Below, one piece after another: positions 21,385 through 31,058 of a stretch of 64,000 nucleotides of DNA (positions are counted from its first letter, which is position 1; each line of letters opens with the position of its first letter). The translations under genes were made by a program, and so were the position numbers. Location: NCBI GenBank assembly GCA_030425825.1, contig JAUHZY010000001.1:1542834-1606833 (forward strand), read 5' to 3'. Source of the DNA: Alphaproteobacteria bacterium (GTDB lineage: Bacteria > Pseudomonadota > Alphaproteobacteria > JAUHZY01). The notes beneath the pieces were generated by a model that saw nothing but the letters and a program-made list of their open reading frames with translations, was not told the origin of the DNA and did no database searches.

Positions 21385-22359
21385 ATGCAACCAAATATTA
21401 TGTCTTGGCGCGGGGTTTGGCCTCGGTTTGATGACAGTGTTTACATTGCGCCTTCTAGCTCTGTGATCGGTGCTGTTGAGATTGGTGAGGGAAGCTCGAT
21501 CTGGTTTGACTGTACTGTACGTGGCGATGTGAATTATATCAGAATCGGTAAGCGCACAAATATACAGGACGGGACAATTATCCATGTTACGCGTGAAACG
21601 CACCCAACAATTGTTGGTGATGATGTGACGATTGGTCATTCGGTTACGCTGCATGGTTGTACACTTCAAGATGGTTGCTTGATTGGGATGGGTGCAACGG
21701 TGATGGATGGTGCTGTTGTTGAGACGGGTGCTATGGTCGCTGCAGGGGCGCTTGTCACACCAAACAAAGTTGTAAAATCAGGTGAAGTTTGGGGAGGCTC
21801 TCCTGCTAAAATGTTGCGTGAAATAAAGCAAGAAGAGGCTGATGATATTCCTGCTTCTGCAAAGCGCTATCAAGGTTGGGCTGCTGAATATGTTGAACAG
21901 GCACGTGCTGGCACAGTTGTTGAAATTAAACGTTTAGAGAATGGTGAAGGCCTTGGCTTGCCATTTAAAGGAACAGATTTGGCTGCTGGTTTTGACGTGC
22001 ATTCAGCGGAAAATGTTACATTGGAAGCTGGTGAACGTAAACTTGTTGCAAGTGGATTTGCTGTTGCTTTGCCGGACGGGTGGGAAATGCAAGTGCGTCC
22101 ACGTTCAGGACTAGCGTTTAAGAACGGTCTTACTGTTTTAAACTCACCAGGCACCATTGATGCAGATTATCGCGGAGAGGTGAAGATTTTACTTCTTAAT
22201 ACTTCGAATGAAGCCTTTAAAATTGAGCGCGGCATGCGTATTGCTCAGTTGGTTGTCACAGAAGTAAAGCCTGTCTCGTTCCAAGAAGTACTTGAGCTTT
22301 CTGAGACAAATCGTGGTGCAGGCGGCTTTGGTTCAACAGGCGTGCAGGCGAAAGCTTAA
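21385..22359 (+). CDS. dut: in-frame fusion: gamma-carbonic-anhydrase-like hexapeptide-repeat protein (N) :: dUTP diphosphatase (C)
   Basis: Residues 1 to about 175 are LbH/gamma-CA family ([16 protein letters not shown]...[20 protein letters not shown]); about 180-324 are dUTPase ([28 protein letters not shown]...RIAQLVV...[11 protein letters not shown]); single uninterrupted frame, no internal ATG/GTG/TTG at the junction. Confidence 0.75.
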   Translation: MQPNIMSWRGVWPRFDDSVYIAPSSSVIGAVEIGEGSSIWFDCTVRGDVNYIRIGKRTNIQDGTIIHVTRETHPTIVGDDVTIGHSVTLHGCTLQDGCLIGMGATVMDGAVVETGAMVAAGALVTPNKVVKSGEVWGGSPAKMLREIKQEEADDIPASAKRYQGWAAEYVEQARAGTVVEIKRLENGEGLGLPFKGTDLAAGFDVHSAENVTLEAGERKLVASGFAVALPDGWEMQVRPRSGLAFKNGLTVLNSPGTIDADYRGEVKILLLNTSNEAFKIERGMRIAQLVVTEVKPVSFQEVLELSETNRGAGGFGSTGVQAKA

Positions 22360-23093
22360 TACTCGACCTTAACAAAGTACAATCCTTCAGGTGGTGCTGT
22401 GGGGCCAGCAACTGTACGGTCTTTGGCGTCTAAGGCGACTTTCAAATCTTCTTTTGTCCATTTTTCTTCGCCGACCAAAGCAAGCGTTCCAACAAAATTC
22501 CTGATTTGGTTGTAAAGGAATGATCTAGCACTTGCCGTGATATGAATTTCTTCGTCAACACGTTTCACATCTAATTTATCTAGTGTTTTGATAGGTGATT
22601 TGGCTTGGCAAGCAACATTGCGGAAGCTGGTGAAGTCGTGATGACCAACCAGAATTTGTGCAGCATCATGCATAGCATCGACATTTAATTTGCGTGGAAA
22701 AAACCATGTATGATCACGTGTGAGTGTCAAGGGTGCGTGACGGTTATGAATGCGGTAAAGATAGTGTCTTTTGACGGCGCTGTGACGCGCATGAAAATCA
22801 TCAGGAACTTCTTCAACATTAAGAATCGCAACGCGGTTGGGTTTTAGATGAAAATTCACAGCGCCTTTAATCACCTCTGGATCTTGTGCGTCTTGTAAGT
22901 CTACATGGGCAACCATTCCCAGCGCATGAACGCCTGAATCCGTACGCCCCATTCCGTAGGCTAAAACTTTCTCTCCACAAAAGCCGTGAAATGCTTCTTC
23001 GATCAATTGTTGGATTGCGATACCATTTTCTTGGCGTTGCCAACCGACAAAGCCTGTTCCCTGATATTCAATAGTAAGCTTATAGCGTGGCAT
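22356..23093 (-). CDS. truA: tRNA pseudouridine(38-40) synthase
   Basis: TruA motifs ([29 protein letters not shown]). Confidence 0.9.
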   Translation of the reverse strand: MPRYKLTIEYQGTGFVGWQRQENGIAIQQLIEEAFHGFCGEKVLAYGMGRTDSGVHALGMVAHVDLQDAQDPEVIKGAVNFHLKPNRVAILNVEEVPDDFHARHSAVKRHYLYRIHNRHAPLTLTRDHTWFFPRKLNVDAMHDAAQILVGHHDFTSFRNVACQAKSPIKTLDKLDVKRVDEEIHITASARSFLYNQIRNFVGTLALVGEEKWTKEDLKVALDAKDRTVAGPTAPPEGLYFVKVEY

Positions 23094-23821
23094 TAGGCAT
23101 CAGGTGTGTCTTCAGCCACAACTTCATTGCCTGGGCGTACAGAAATAACGCGTGTCGGGTCAATCTGCAGAGGGCCGATTGTCAGGAATGTGCCTTCTTC
23201 ACCAGGAACTACTTGATCAACACGTCCGATAGAGCGGATTTCTGTGGCAATACTGTCATTGTCTTCATTATAAGCAGTGACACGAAGAGAGTAAACGCCA
23301 TCATCTTGCTGTACATTATTGTTGCCGAGACCATCCCATGTCGCACCATGTCCGCCAGCGCTTAGATTTTCAAGTTCTTCGTTATAAACCACAGTGCCAT
23401 CGCCTGTATAAATTTCAATTTTTACACGATCTGCATTTTCTTCAAGGTCAAATAAAAACTCACCATGGCTGTCTTCTACATTTAAGTAGCTACTTGCAAA
23501 TTCAACATTTTTACCAAGGAAACCAAGCGCGTAAGAGACTTGGCTTTGTTCATTAATGGCAATTAAGTCATCCATTTTCTGATTGGTCTGGATTTGTTTT
23601 TCAATACCAGCAAATTGTACAAGTTGTTTTGTAAACTCTTGTGCATCCATAGGCTCAGTTGGATCTTGGTTTTGCAGCTGCGTTGTCAAAATATCAAGAA
23701 ATGTGTTTAAATCTTCACCAAAAGTGATGATGTCTTCTTGGGTTTTTTGTGATTGTGTTGACGACTTATTCGTGAGGTCTTGGACAAAGTTTGTTAACTC
23801 TGGTGTTGTTGTTAATGCCAT
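23093..23821 (-). CDS. flgD: flagellar hook assembly/capping protein FlgD
   Basis: FlgD N-terminal motif (FLDILTTQLQNQDPTEPMDAQEFTKQLVQFAGIEKQ) and C-terminal Ig-like domain. Confidence 0.75.
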   Translation of the reverse strand: MALTTTPELTNFVQDLTNKSSTQSQKTQEDIITFGEDLNTFLDILTTQLQNQDPTEPMDAQEFTKQLVQFAGIEKQIQTNQKMDDLIAINEQSQVSYALGFLGKNVEFASSYLNVEDSHGEFLFDLEENADRVKIEIYTGDGTVVYNEELENLSAGGHGATWDGLGNNNVQQDDGVYSLRVTAYNEDNDSIATEIRSIGRVDQVVPGEEGTFLTIGPLQIDPTRVISVRPGNEVVAEDTPDA

Positions 23822-23832
23822 TATATTTCTCC

Positions 23833-25989
23833 TTAAACAACCATATTAATACGTGTGTTGATTTTATGTGCTAACGCAGAATAAGCTAATTCAGTTGGTG
23901 ACAAGTGACTCATATCTTCAACAAGTTCTTCAAAACTTGTTTCTTCAAGGTTTTTGTTATTTGCATGCTCAGCAAGACCTTTCTTATGACCTTCTGGGTC
24001 TTGTTGATTCTGGTTCATGCTGAAGTTTAGGTTTTGATCTTCTGCTTCAAGGCCTGCATTCTGAAATGCTTGTATCAGGCCAGTTGTATCTTGCTTTAGA
24101 AGGCGCAGTGTTTCAGGCTCGCTTGCAGAAATATTTGCTTTGACTGTGCCGTTTTTAGCCACTTCAAATTGAATATCAACCTTTCCAAGATTTGCAGGGT
24201 CCAGTTTTATAGAGATTTTATCCGCATTTCCTTCAAATGCTTTTTGAATCTTCAAGGCAATTTGTTCTGTTGGTGTGGGATATGAAAATCCGCGCGCTGT
24301 GCCTGTAAACGCTGTGTTGGCAACTGTTGAGCTCAGTGCGCTTGTTGCTGTTGTTTGCGTGGGTTGGAAAGAAGAAGGCGTGACTTCCATTGATTCAAGG
24401 AATGTCGCGAAATTTTTCAGCGTGTGATTACTTAACACTGCATCTTGCTGGCCAAATGTCATTTTGCCAGGTGTGTAAGATTTTAAGAATGTGTCGCTGT
24501 CTCTGTTCTGCGCATCTTGTTGTAAGTTTTGCTGCTGGTTATTTGATGAGAGATTCGCTCTTTCTTTTTGATTTGCGTTACTTGTTTCTGTGCGCTCAAT
24601 TTTGCGTCCAACAATTTCTTCTACGTCTGCTTCTAAGCCATCAGCATTTTGTGCATCTTGTTGCGCTTGGGCGCCGTAGGTTTGGATGGTGTTTTGTGTT
24701 GTAATCTCATTTACTTCTTCAAGAACCTCTATATCAACTCTTTCAACATTTTCTTGCACAACTTTTATTTGATTTACTTCTTCGGTAGGAATTTCTTCGT
24801 CACTGTCTATCCTTAAATCTTCAGATGTGCCACCTAATAGTGTATTTTTTGGCTCTTCATGCGTCATCTCTTCTGCACTGTTCGTGACATCATTCAGCGC
24901 AATCTGTTCTAACTCGATATTTTTTGTGTTGTTTGGTGTTTCTTTATGAACTGTAATCGTCACATTATCGACGTCCAGGTCTTGGATCGCAGCAAAAGGA
25001 GATGCTTCATTACTGACCGTTTTTAAGGCTTCTGTTCCTTGGTGTTGAACCTTAACAATAGGTTGGCTTGTTTGTGTGGGTGCTTTTTGTTCTTGTTTTG
25101 TTTGAGAAGAGCCCTTTTGAACATTTTCTTGTGAAATAACAAAATTATTTGCATTTTCAGCTTTTTGAACTTGAACTTGAACTTGAGTTTGATGCTGATG
25201 CTGAACAGTTTCTTTTGAAGTGTTGTTGAAAAGGCCTTCAGCAGGCTTGTTTTGTCCTGTGTGTAAGGTGTCAGGGGTTGTTTTTTGTGTTGCTGTTGCT
25301 TGTGGCTCTTCTGTTTGCGAGGCCTGCTGTGAAGCTTGAGGAGAAGAAGTGCCTTCTGAAAAAGCAATGTGATTTATAGGCTTTTGAGAGGCTTTTTGTG
25401 GTGTTTCGCTTTCTAATAAAGTAAAGATTTTTTGTGTGAGCTCTTCCTTTTTTTCTGGTGGAAGAGGTTGGGCAAGTTCTTGAAGTGTTTGAAGAATAGA
25501 TGCAACAAAATCATTCGTATTTTCTGCATTCTCTGCTTTAGTAAAACTATTCCCATTTTCTTGCTCAGACGATAAGAAAGCGATCAGCTCATCAGCTTCT
25601 AAGTCTTCTAAAGAATCCAGATTAAAGCTTGTTTGTTCTTTGAGAAAGTTCTCAATAAGCGCTTTTAACTGGCTTAGGAGGGCGCTATCTATGTTTGTTT
25701 CAGATTCTGTTGTCAGCTTAGCTTCTAACTGTTGTAAGGCGTTTTGAAGTTCTTCAATGCCCAGAGATTGAATGTTTTCTGGAATAGGTTTTTCTTGTGT
25801 ACTTTGTAGAAGCCCTGCAAAAGGAGAGAGAGAGGCCGTTTGCACTGCATTTTCAGGGTTTGTGGCGCTTTGTGACGTAGAAAGAGCGCCAACAAGACCA
25901 TTAACACGAATGCCACTTTTCGCAACACCAGCACCCTGTGTGCTTTGCTGAGCAACGTTGTTAAGAATATTATCAAGGACTTGTAGCAT
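23833..25989 (-). CDS. fliK: flagellar hook-length control protein FliK (long, low-complexity Q/T/E-rich)
   Basis: C-terminal FliK domain (ISIKLDPANLGKVDIQFEVAKNGTVKANISASEPETLRLLKQDTTGLIQAFQNAGL); repetitive central region. Confidence 0.7.
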   Translation of the reverse strand: MLQVLDNILNNVAQQSTQGAGVAKSGIRVNGLVGALSTSQSATNPENAVQTASLSPFAGLLQSTQEKPIPENIQSLGIEELQNALQQLEAKLTTESETNIDSALLSQLKALIENFLKEQTSFNLDSLEDLEADELIAFLSSEQENGNSFTKAENAENTNDFVASILQTLQELAQPLPPEKKEELTQKIFTLLESETPQKASQKPINHIAFSEGTSSPQASQQASQTEEPQATATQKTTPDTLHTGQNKPAEGLFNNTSKETVQHQHQTQVQVQVQKAENANNFVISQENVQKGSSQTKQEQKAPTQTSQPIVKVQHQGTEALKTVSNEASPFAAIQDLDVDNVTITVHKETPNNTKNIELEQIALNDVTNSAEEMTHEEPKNTLLGGTSEDLRIDSDEEIPTEEVNQIKVVQENVERVDIEVLEEVNEITTQNTIQTYGAQAQQDAQNADGLEADVEEIVGRKIERTETSNANQKERANLSSNNQQQNLQQDAQNRDSDTFLKSYTPGKMTFGQQDAVLSNHTLKNFATFLESMEVTPSSFQPTQTTATSALSSTVANTAFTGTARGFSYPTPTEQIALKIQKAFEGNADKISIKLDPANLGKVDIQFEVAKNGTVKANISASEPETLRLLKQDTTGLIQAFQNAGLEAEDQNLNFSMNQNQQDPEGHKKGLAEHANNKNLEETSFEELVEDMSHLSPTELAYSALAHKINTRINMVV
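25167..25204. repeat. short tandem hexanucleotide repeats (GAACTT)x3 and (GATGCT)x2 inside fliK
   Basis: Read directly; encodes VQVQVQ / HQHQ in-frame repeats. Confidence 0.6.
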
Positions 25990-26065
25990 AAATTTCTCTC
26001 TCTAAAGGTCACCAAAACCTGAGAGATCACATGCATTTATTATGCCAAATCATGTAAAAAATCAT

Positions 26066-27310
26066 TTAAATAGAGGATATTCGAGAGGATTTTGCGTTAT
26101 AAATCTCAGAAACGATATTAACGCTTGGTGCGGGTGGTGCTTCTATGGCGCTTGCTTGATTTTTTGCGGCAACGTTAATATAGCGCCCGCGATAGTCTAT
26201 CAGCCTGTAGCTTTTAGGGTTTTTATCCATCTTCAGGTCGGTTACTTTTCCTGATTGTGTGTTTGTGTTGGCGTTGGTGTTTTTCACAAACTCATGGTTA
26301 ACCTCAACTTTTAAGCCAATAGCTTTTAGATTGCGGTTTTGTTGTTTTGCGATCGCTTTTGAAAGACGTCCGATCTTTTTACCCTTAGCAGGCGTGTTGT
26401 TGTTTTGGGCGGCAAATATAGCTTTTTGCATGCCTCTACTTTGCTTGCTTGCTAAGATGTTTTGCATCGCCTTAGTATTCATGCTTGATTTTTGTACGCG
26501 TGTGTTCAGTTTTTTAGAAAGTTGCTTTGCTTGAGATGATCTGGCAACGGTCGCTGATCTTGCCAGCAGTTTCTTTTGTTTCTGGCTAAGTCCTTTAAAA
26601 AGGTTCGCTCGTACTTTTGTTTGCACAGATTTTTTTGGTTTTTTTGCGGGTGCTTTTTGCGCTTTTTGTTGAGGTGTGACGAGTTTCACCTGTTGTGACT
26701 GCTCTTTTACATTTGTATCAACTTTATGTGTGCCGCCTTCTTCTTCACCGGTCCTTTTTCCCATGCTGGTGCTTAAATTCAAGCCATTTCTTTCTAGCTC
26801 GCTGTCAACAGCGTTTTCTGTGCTAATTTGTGCCTGTCTGGCATCTGGTTTTGGCAGCTCAATATCGTTTGGTTCAAAGTCTTTCTGAGCAGGTTCAGCG
26901 TGTTGTGCAGGCACATCTGCTTCCATCGACATTTCAGCAATTTCTGGTGATTTTAGGCTGTCTTCAATTTTTTTCATGTCATTTAGAGCCTTGGTTTGTT
27001 CGAAAGCTTCTAAAGTTTGAAAAAGAAGAGCAGAGCTTGGTAGCAGATCTTTTTTGTGGGGTGTTTCTAGACCTTTTGCATCATATTTCGAGATTTGTTT
27101 ATCGCGCAGCTTTGAACGTTGTTGTTGTGACACAAGACGGAGTTTTTCAACTTCAACGACAGATACGCCAAGTTTTTTTGCATATTGTTCTAGATCTTTA
27201 TCATGGATGTAATCTCGGACTGAAGGGTTTTTCCCAGCCGCCTTTTTGCGCCGCGCTGCTTGGCGGGCTTCTGGACTGACAACTGATTTAAGTTTAGAAA
27301 ATAGACCCAT
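26066..27310 (-). CDS. hypothetical Lys/Gln-rich basic protein immediately upstream of and co-directional with fliK
   Basis: 414 aa, highly basic low-complexity centre, conserved-looking N-terminus (MGLFSKLKSVVSPEARQAARRKK) and C-terminus; no recognisable domain. Confidence 0.4.
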   Translation of the reverse strand: MGLFSKLKSVVSPEARQAARRKKAAGKNPSVRDYIHDKDLEQYAKKLGVSVVEVEKLRLVSQQQRSKLRDKQISKYDAKGLETPHKKDLLPSSALLFQTLEAFEQTKALNDMKKIEDSLKSPEIAEMSMEADVPAQHAEPAQKDFEPNDIELPKPDARQAQISTENAVDSELERNGLNLSTSMGKRTGEEEGGTHKVDTNVKEQSQQVKLVTPQQKAQKAPAKKPKKSVQTKVRANLFKGLSQKQKKLLARSATVARSSQAKQLSKKLNTRVQKSSMNTKAMQNILASKQSRGMQKAIFAAQNNNTPAKGKKIGRLSKAIAKQQNRNLKAIGLKVEVNHEFVKNTNANTNTQSGKVTDLKMDKNPKSYRLIDYRGRYINVAAKNQASAIEAPPAPSVNIVSEIYNAKSSRISSI

Positions 27311-27422
27311 ATATCACCTAATTTAATTCCACATTGTATCTTATTGTGGAGATGTTTATACTCATTTCCTAATAATTATATCACAAATAAGACATTTTTA
27401 CCATAGCTGGGGGAAGTTCCAA

Positions 27423-28364
27423 TTGACAATTCTTAATCAAGCCACAAATCCTTTCTTGGCGCCAGATACAACATGCTCATCAAAAGATGTTTTTGGTCTT
27501 AAAAAAGACATAAAAGTACCAGCATACACAAAACCTAATGACTATGTGCCTGCTGTTGATGAAATGTATCGCTTTGATGAAGCAACAACGCTGTCAATTC
27601 TTGCAGGGTTCAAACATAATCGTCGTGTTTTAGTGCAAGGGTATCATGGGACAGGAAAATCAACGCATATTGAACAAGTTGCGGCACGCCTAAACTGGCC
27701 TTGTTTGCGCATCAATCTAGATGGACATTTAACACGTATGGATTTGATCGGACGTGATGGCATTGCAATTGAAAATGGTAAGCAAGTAACCGTTTTCAAA
27801 GAGGGGATATTGCCATGGGCATTGCGCGTTGGCTGCGCTTTGATTTTGGATGAATATGATGCAGGTCGTCCTGATGTGATGTTTGTGATCCAGCGTGTCT
27901 TAGAAGCGGAAGGTAAGTTGACGCTTTTAGACCAAAATAAAATTATTACCCCACATCCTGTTTTTCGTCTTTTTGCGACCTCTAATACCGTGGGTTTAGG
28001 GGATATGACAGGCATGTACCATGGAACGCAGCAAATTAATCAGGGTCAAATGGATCGCTGGAATATTGTCGCCACGTTGAATTATCTTAATAAAGATGTA
28101 GAAGTTGATATTGTTGCAAAGAAAGTACCAAGTATTGATAAGTCTATTATTAAATCAATGGTATCGTTGGCCACGTTGACACGCTCTGGCTTTGCGGCAG
28201 GTGATCTTTCAACGGTTATGTCTCCGCGCACCGTCATTTCATGGGCTGAAAATCATGTTATTTTTGACGACTTGCGTCATTCTTTTGATTTAAGTTTTGC
28301 AAATAAATGCGAAGAAAGCGAAAGGGTTACGTTGGATGAGTATTACCAACGCTGCTTCGGATGA
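27423..28364 (+). CDS. cobS: CobS-like AAA+ (MoxR-family) ATPase
   Basis: Walker A GYHGTGKST, Walker B ILDEYD; TTG start per ORF track. Confidence 0.8.
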   Translation: MTILNQATNPFLAPDTTCSSKDVFGLKKDIKVPAYTKPNDYVPAVDEMYRFDEATTLSILAGFKHNRRVLVQGYHGTGKSTHIEQVAARLNWPCLRINLDGHLTRMDLIGRDGIAIENGKQVTVFKEGILPWALRVGCALILDEYDAGRPDVMFVIQRVLEAEGKLTLLDQNKIITPHPVFRLFATSNTVGLGDMTGMYHGTQQINQGQMDRWNIVATLNYLNKDVEVDIVAKKVPSIDKSIIKSMVSLATLTRSGFAAGDLSTVMSPRTVISWAENHVIFDDLRHSFDLSFANKCEESERVTLDEYYQRCFG

Positions 28365-30096
28365 CTTAAGTGACTTCCAACAAGCAACAGTTACGACGGC
28401 ACGTGCGCTGGCAGATGATGCAGACTTAGAAATTCTTTTTGAAGGGGATCACCCTTTCTATACACACAAGAAAATGACACTACCTGTAACAGGCGATGTC
28501 AGTGACTTGCGCGCATTCTCAGACATGCAGGCCCTTTTTCATCGATATCATAATCATCAAATTCACCAAGAAAACGCTTCAGATATATTTGAAGTTCAGG
28601 CTGTTATGGATGATGTCGAAAAATTACGTTGTGCGGCGATTGGTGCCACAGAAATGAATGGTGTTAAAAACAACCTTAAACACCTATACCAAAAAGAGCT
28701 TGCTGAAATACCATCAGGGCAAATTGATGCATCGCAGGCCCTGTCCTTTTTTTTGCAAGAAGCGTTGCTGTCTGTAGATTTGCCAGATGATATAGAAACC
28801 GCTTCTTCAGTTTTTCGTGAAATGCTAAAAAATGATGTGAAAGACCTGGTCTCTTCTATTCATCATCAAGATGCTTTCCAGCAGAAATTAAGACATATTC
28901 TCGATGGTTTTGGAACAGGTCATGGTGTTGAGGATGCTGTTTTTGAAGCTGGTGAACAAAAAGAAATAGGATCATCAGAAGATAACGCACCTGAAGCAGA
29001 AAACAATACACAACAAGATGAAGTTGCTGAATCTGACTCTATTGCTGCTCCTGCACTGCAAACAGGAACAGGTGAAACGCATGATGACATGGGTAAAAGA
29101 GTTGATGAGGCAAGCCATGACACAGCAAATCCAGAGCCGGGTGGCAGCCCAAGTGGTGAAGCTGTTGTTCAAGCTGAATCATATAAATTCTTCACAAATG
29201 CACATGATGAAGTACTTATTCCGCGTCAATATTTATCTCTTGAAGAGCTTCATGAGTTGCGCGCTCAATTGGATCGAAAAATGGCAGACCAGTCAAAAGT
29301 TGTCAGAAGGCTCGCACAAAAACTAAAGCGTAAATTACTGTCAAAACTAAACCGCACTTGGATGTATAATGAGGATGAAGGATATATTGATGGCACACGC
29401 CTGGCACGTATTGTTATTGATCCTTTTCAGTCACTTCCTCTTAAGCGAGAATCACAAGATACTTTAACAGATACAGTTGTCACGCTTCTGATTGATAATT
29501 CCGGATCCATGCGTGGAAGACCCATCGCGACGGCTGCGATGACAGCCGATATTTTGACGCAGACATTAGAACTTTGTGGCATCAAGACAGAGGTTATTGG
29601 TTTCACAACAGCTTCTTGGCGAGGCGGTAAGTCATTGGAGAAATGGCAAAAACAGGGTAAGCCCCTTGCGCCAGGTCGCCTCAATGATTTGCGTCATATT
29701 ATTTATAAAAAAGCTGATCAGCCTTGGCGGGGTGCGCGTTTGGGGTTTGGCATGATGCTTAAAGAAAACTTGTTGAAAGAAAATATTGATGGTGAGTCAT
29801 TGTTGTGGGCGTGTCATCGCCTGATCAAGCGCCCTGAAAAGCGTCGTATTCTTATTGTCGTTTCTGATGGCGCACCTGTTGACGACGCGACGCTTTCTCA
29901 AAATAAATCAGGGTATTTAGATCGTCATTTGCGCGACGTGATTACAGCAATAGAGTCCACGCCAAGTGTCGAGCTGCGCGCCATCGGCATTGGTCATGAT
30001 GTTGGTCGTTATTACCAAAAATCTGCTACAATCCAAACGGCAGATGACTTAGGGGAAACATTATTAAAAGAAATGGAAAGGTTGTTTAATGTCTAA
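28336..30096 (+). CDS. cobT: CobT-like protein with C-terminal von Willebrand factor A domain
   Basis: vWA MIDAS motif (LLIDNSGSMRG); start taken at ATG 28336 overlapping cobS stop. Confidence 0.8.
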   Translation: MSITNAASDDLSDFQQATVTTARALADDADLEILFEGDHPFYTHKKMTLPVTGDVSDLRAFSDMQALFHRYHNHQIHQENASDIFEVQAVMDDVEKLRCAAIGATEMNGVKNNLKHLYQKELAEIPSGQIDASQALSFFLQEALLSVDLPDDIETASSVFREMLKNDVKDLVSSIHHQDAFQQKLRHILDGFGTGHGVEDAVFEAGEQKEIGSSEDNAPEAENNTQQDEVAESDSIAAPALQTGTGETHDDMGKRVDEASHDTANPEPGGSPSGEAVVQAESYKFFTNAHDEVLIPRQYLSLEELHELRAQLDRKMADQSKVVRRLAQKLKRKLLSKLNRTWMYNEDEGYIDGTRLARIVIDPFQSLPLKRESQDTLTDTVVTLLIDNSGSMRGRPIATAAMTADILTQTLELCGIKTEVIGFTTASWRGGKSLEKWQKQGKPLAPGRLNDLRHIIYKKADQPWRGARLGFGMMLKENLLKENIDGESLLWACHRLIKRPEKRRILIVVSDGAPVDDATLSQNKSGYLDRHLRDVITAIESTPSVELRAIGIGHDVGRYYQKSATIQTADDLGETLLKEMERLFNV

Positions 30097-30226
30097 CGAA
30101 GAAGAATTAAAAAAGCAGAGAATGAAGCAAGAACGTGTTGCAGAGGCTCTGCGTGAGAACCTCCGCAAACGTAAAGAACAAATGCGTGCGCGTAAGACTG
30201 AAGTTAAAGAAAACACGCCAGAGTAA
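30089..30226 (+). CDS. unannotated small ORF (45 aa, MSNEEELKKQRMKQERVAEALRENLRKRKEQMRARKTEVKENTPE), translationally coupled to cobT
   Basis: ATG overlaps cobT stop (AATGTCTAA); charged helical peptide; absent from ORF track only because it is below the length cutoff. Confidence 0.35.
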   Translation: MSNEEELKKQRMKQERVAEALRENLRKRKEQMRARKTEVKENTPE

Positions 30227-30230
30227 AGCT

Positions 30231-31058
30231 TTATCGTTCTTTTTTCTTTGCAAGTTCCGCACTTCTTTTCAAAGCAGCTTCCATTCCCTGATAAACCAAT
30301 TCTTGCAATTTTTTTGTCATGACCTCGCGTGCTGCTTGTGTTGTGCCACCTTTGCTGGTGACCATGTCTGCGATTGCGAGAAGCCCGTGGTTTTGTTCAC
30401 CATTTAACACAGTAATCGCTTGGAGATTTTGGCAGACAGCTTTTTCAGCAATGTCTCGTGGGAAGCCATTTTTTACAGCAGCTTCTAGCATCATATTTTC
30501 AAATAATGCCGAAATCCCCAAACCACTTGCAAAGTGAGCGACTGATTTTTCAACAAGCTCTTCGGAAACACGCTCGGCCATTCCGATTGATTGCAGCAGT
30601 TGCTTTACGAGCGCGCTTTGTTTTTGCGTGACAAATTGGTTTTCACAATAAAATGTTGTGCTTAACCCCAGGCTTGCCCCCAGCGTTGGCATGCTTCGTA
30701 TCACAGCTGTTTTCTTCGGAAGATGTTGCTCAAAAAAGGCTACGGTCTTTCCTGCGACAATACTTAAGGCAAAAGTGTTGGGTGTGATAAAAGATGTGTA
30801 TTCTTGTAATGTTTCTTCAATCACTTGAGGTTTCACACAAAAGATAAGTGCATCTGCTTTCAGTTTTTTTGGAAGCGTTTGCGCGTTGTGATAGAAACTT
30901 GCTTCAATGAACCCGCTTCTGTTTTTTTTGAGCGTATCAAAATGTTTGCCTTCATGATCAATAATATGAAGATGGTGTTGTCCTGATAGGTTTTTCTGGA
31001 AACCTTTTGCAAATGCGGACCCCATGTTTCCGCAACCGATAATAATAATATTAGACAT
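30231..31058 (-). CDS. proC: pyrroline-5-carboxylate reductase
   Basis: Rossmann motif IIIIGCGNMGSA at N-terminus (start at MSNIIIIG), P5CR dimerisation domain. Confidence 0.85.
   Translation of the reverse strand: MSNIIIIGCGNMGSAFAKGFQKNLSGQHHLHIIDHEGKHFDTLKKNRSGFIEASFYHNAQTLPKKLKADALIFCVKPQVIEETLQEYTSFITPNTFALSIVAGKTVAFFEQHLPKKTAVIRSMPTLGASLGLSTTFYCENQFVTQKQSALVKQLLQSIGMAERVSEELVEKSVAHFASGLGISALFENMMLEAAVKNGFPRDIAEKAVCQNLQAITVLNGEQNHGLLAIADMVTSKGGTTQAAREVMTKKLQELVYQGMEAALKRSAELAKKKER

Noticed and set aside
24390-27279. Plus-strand ORFs opposite fliK and the Lys-rich gene (24390-24704, 26042-26888, 26830-27279) and the minus-strand ORF 25023-25367 with KFKFKF repeats
   Set aside because: Shadows of the repetitive, low-complexity coding sequence on the other strand or frame
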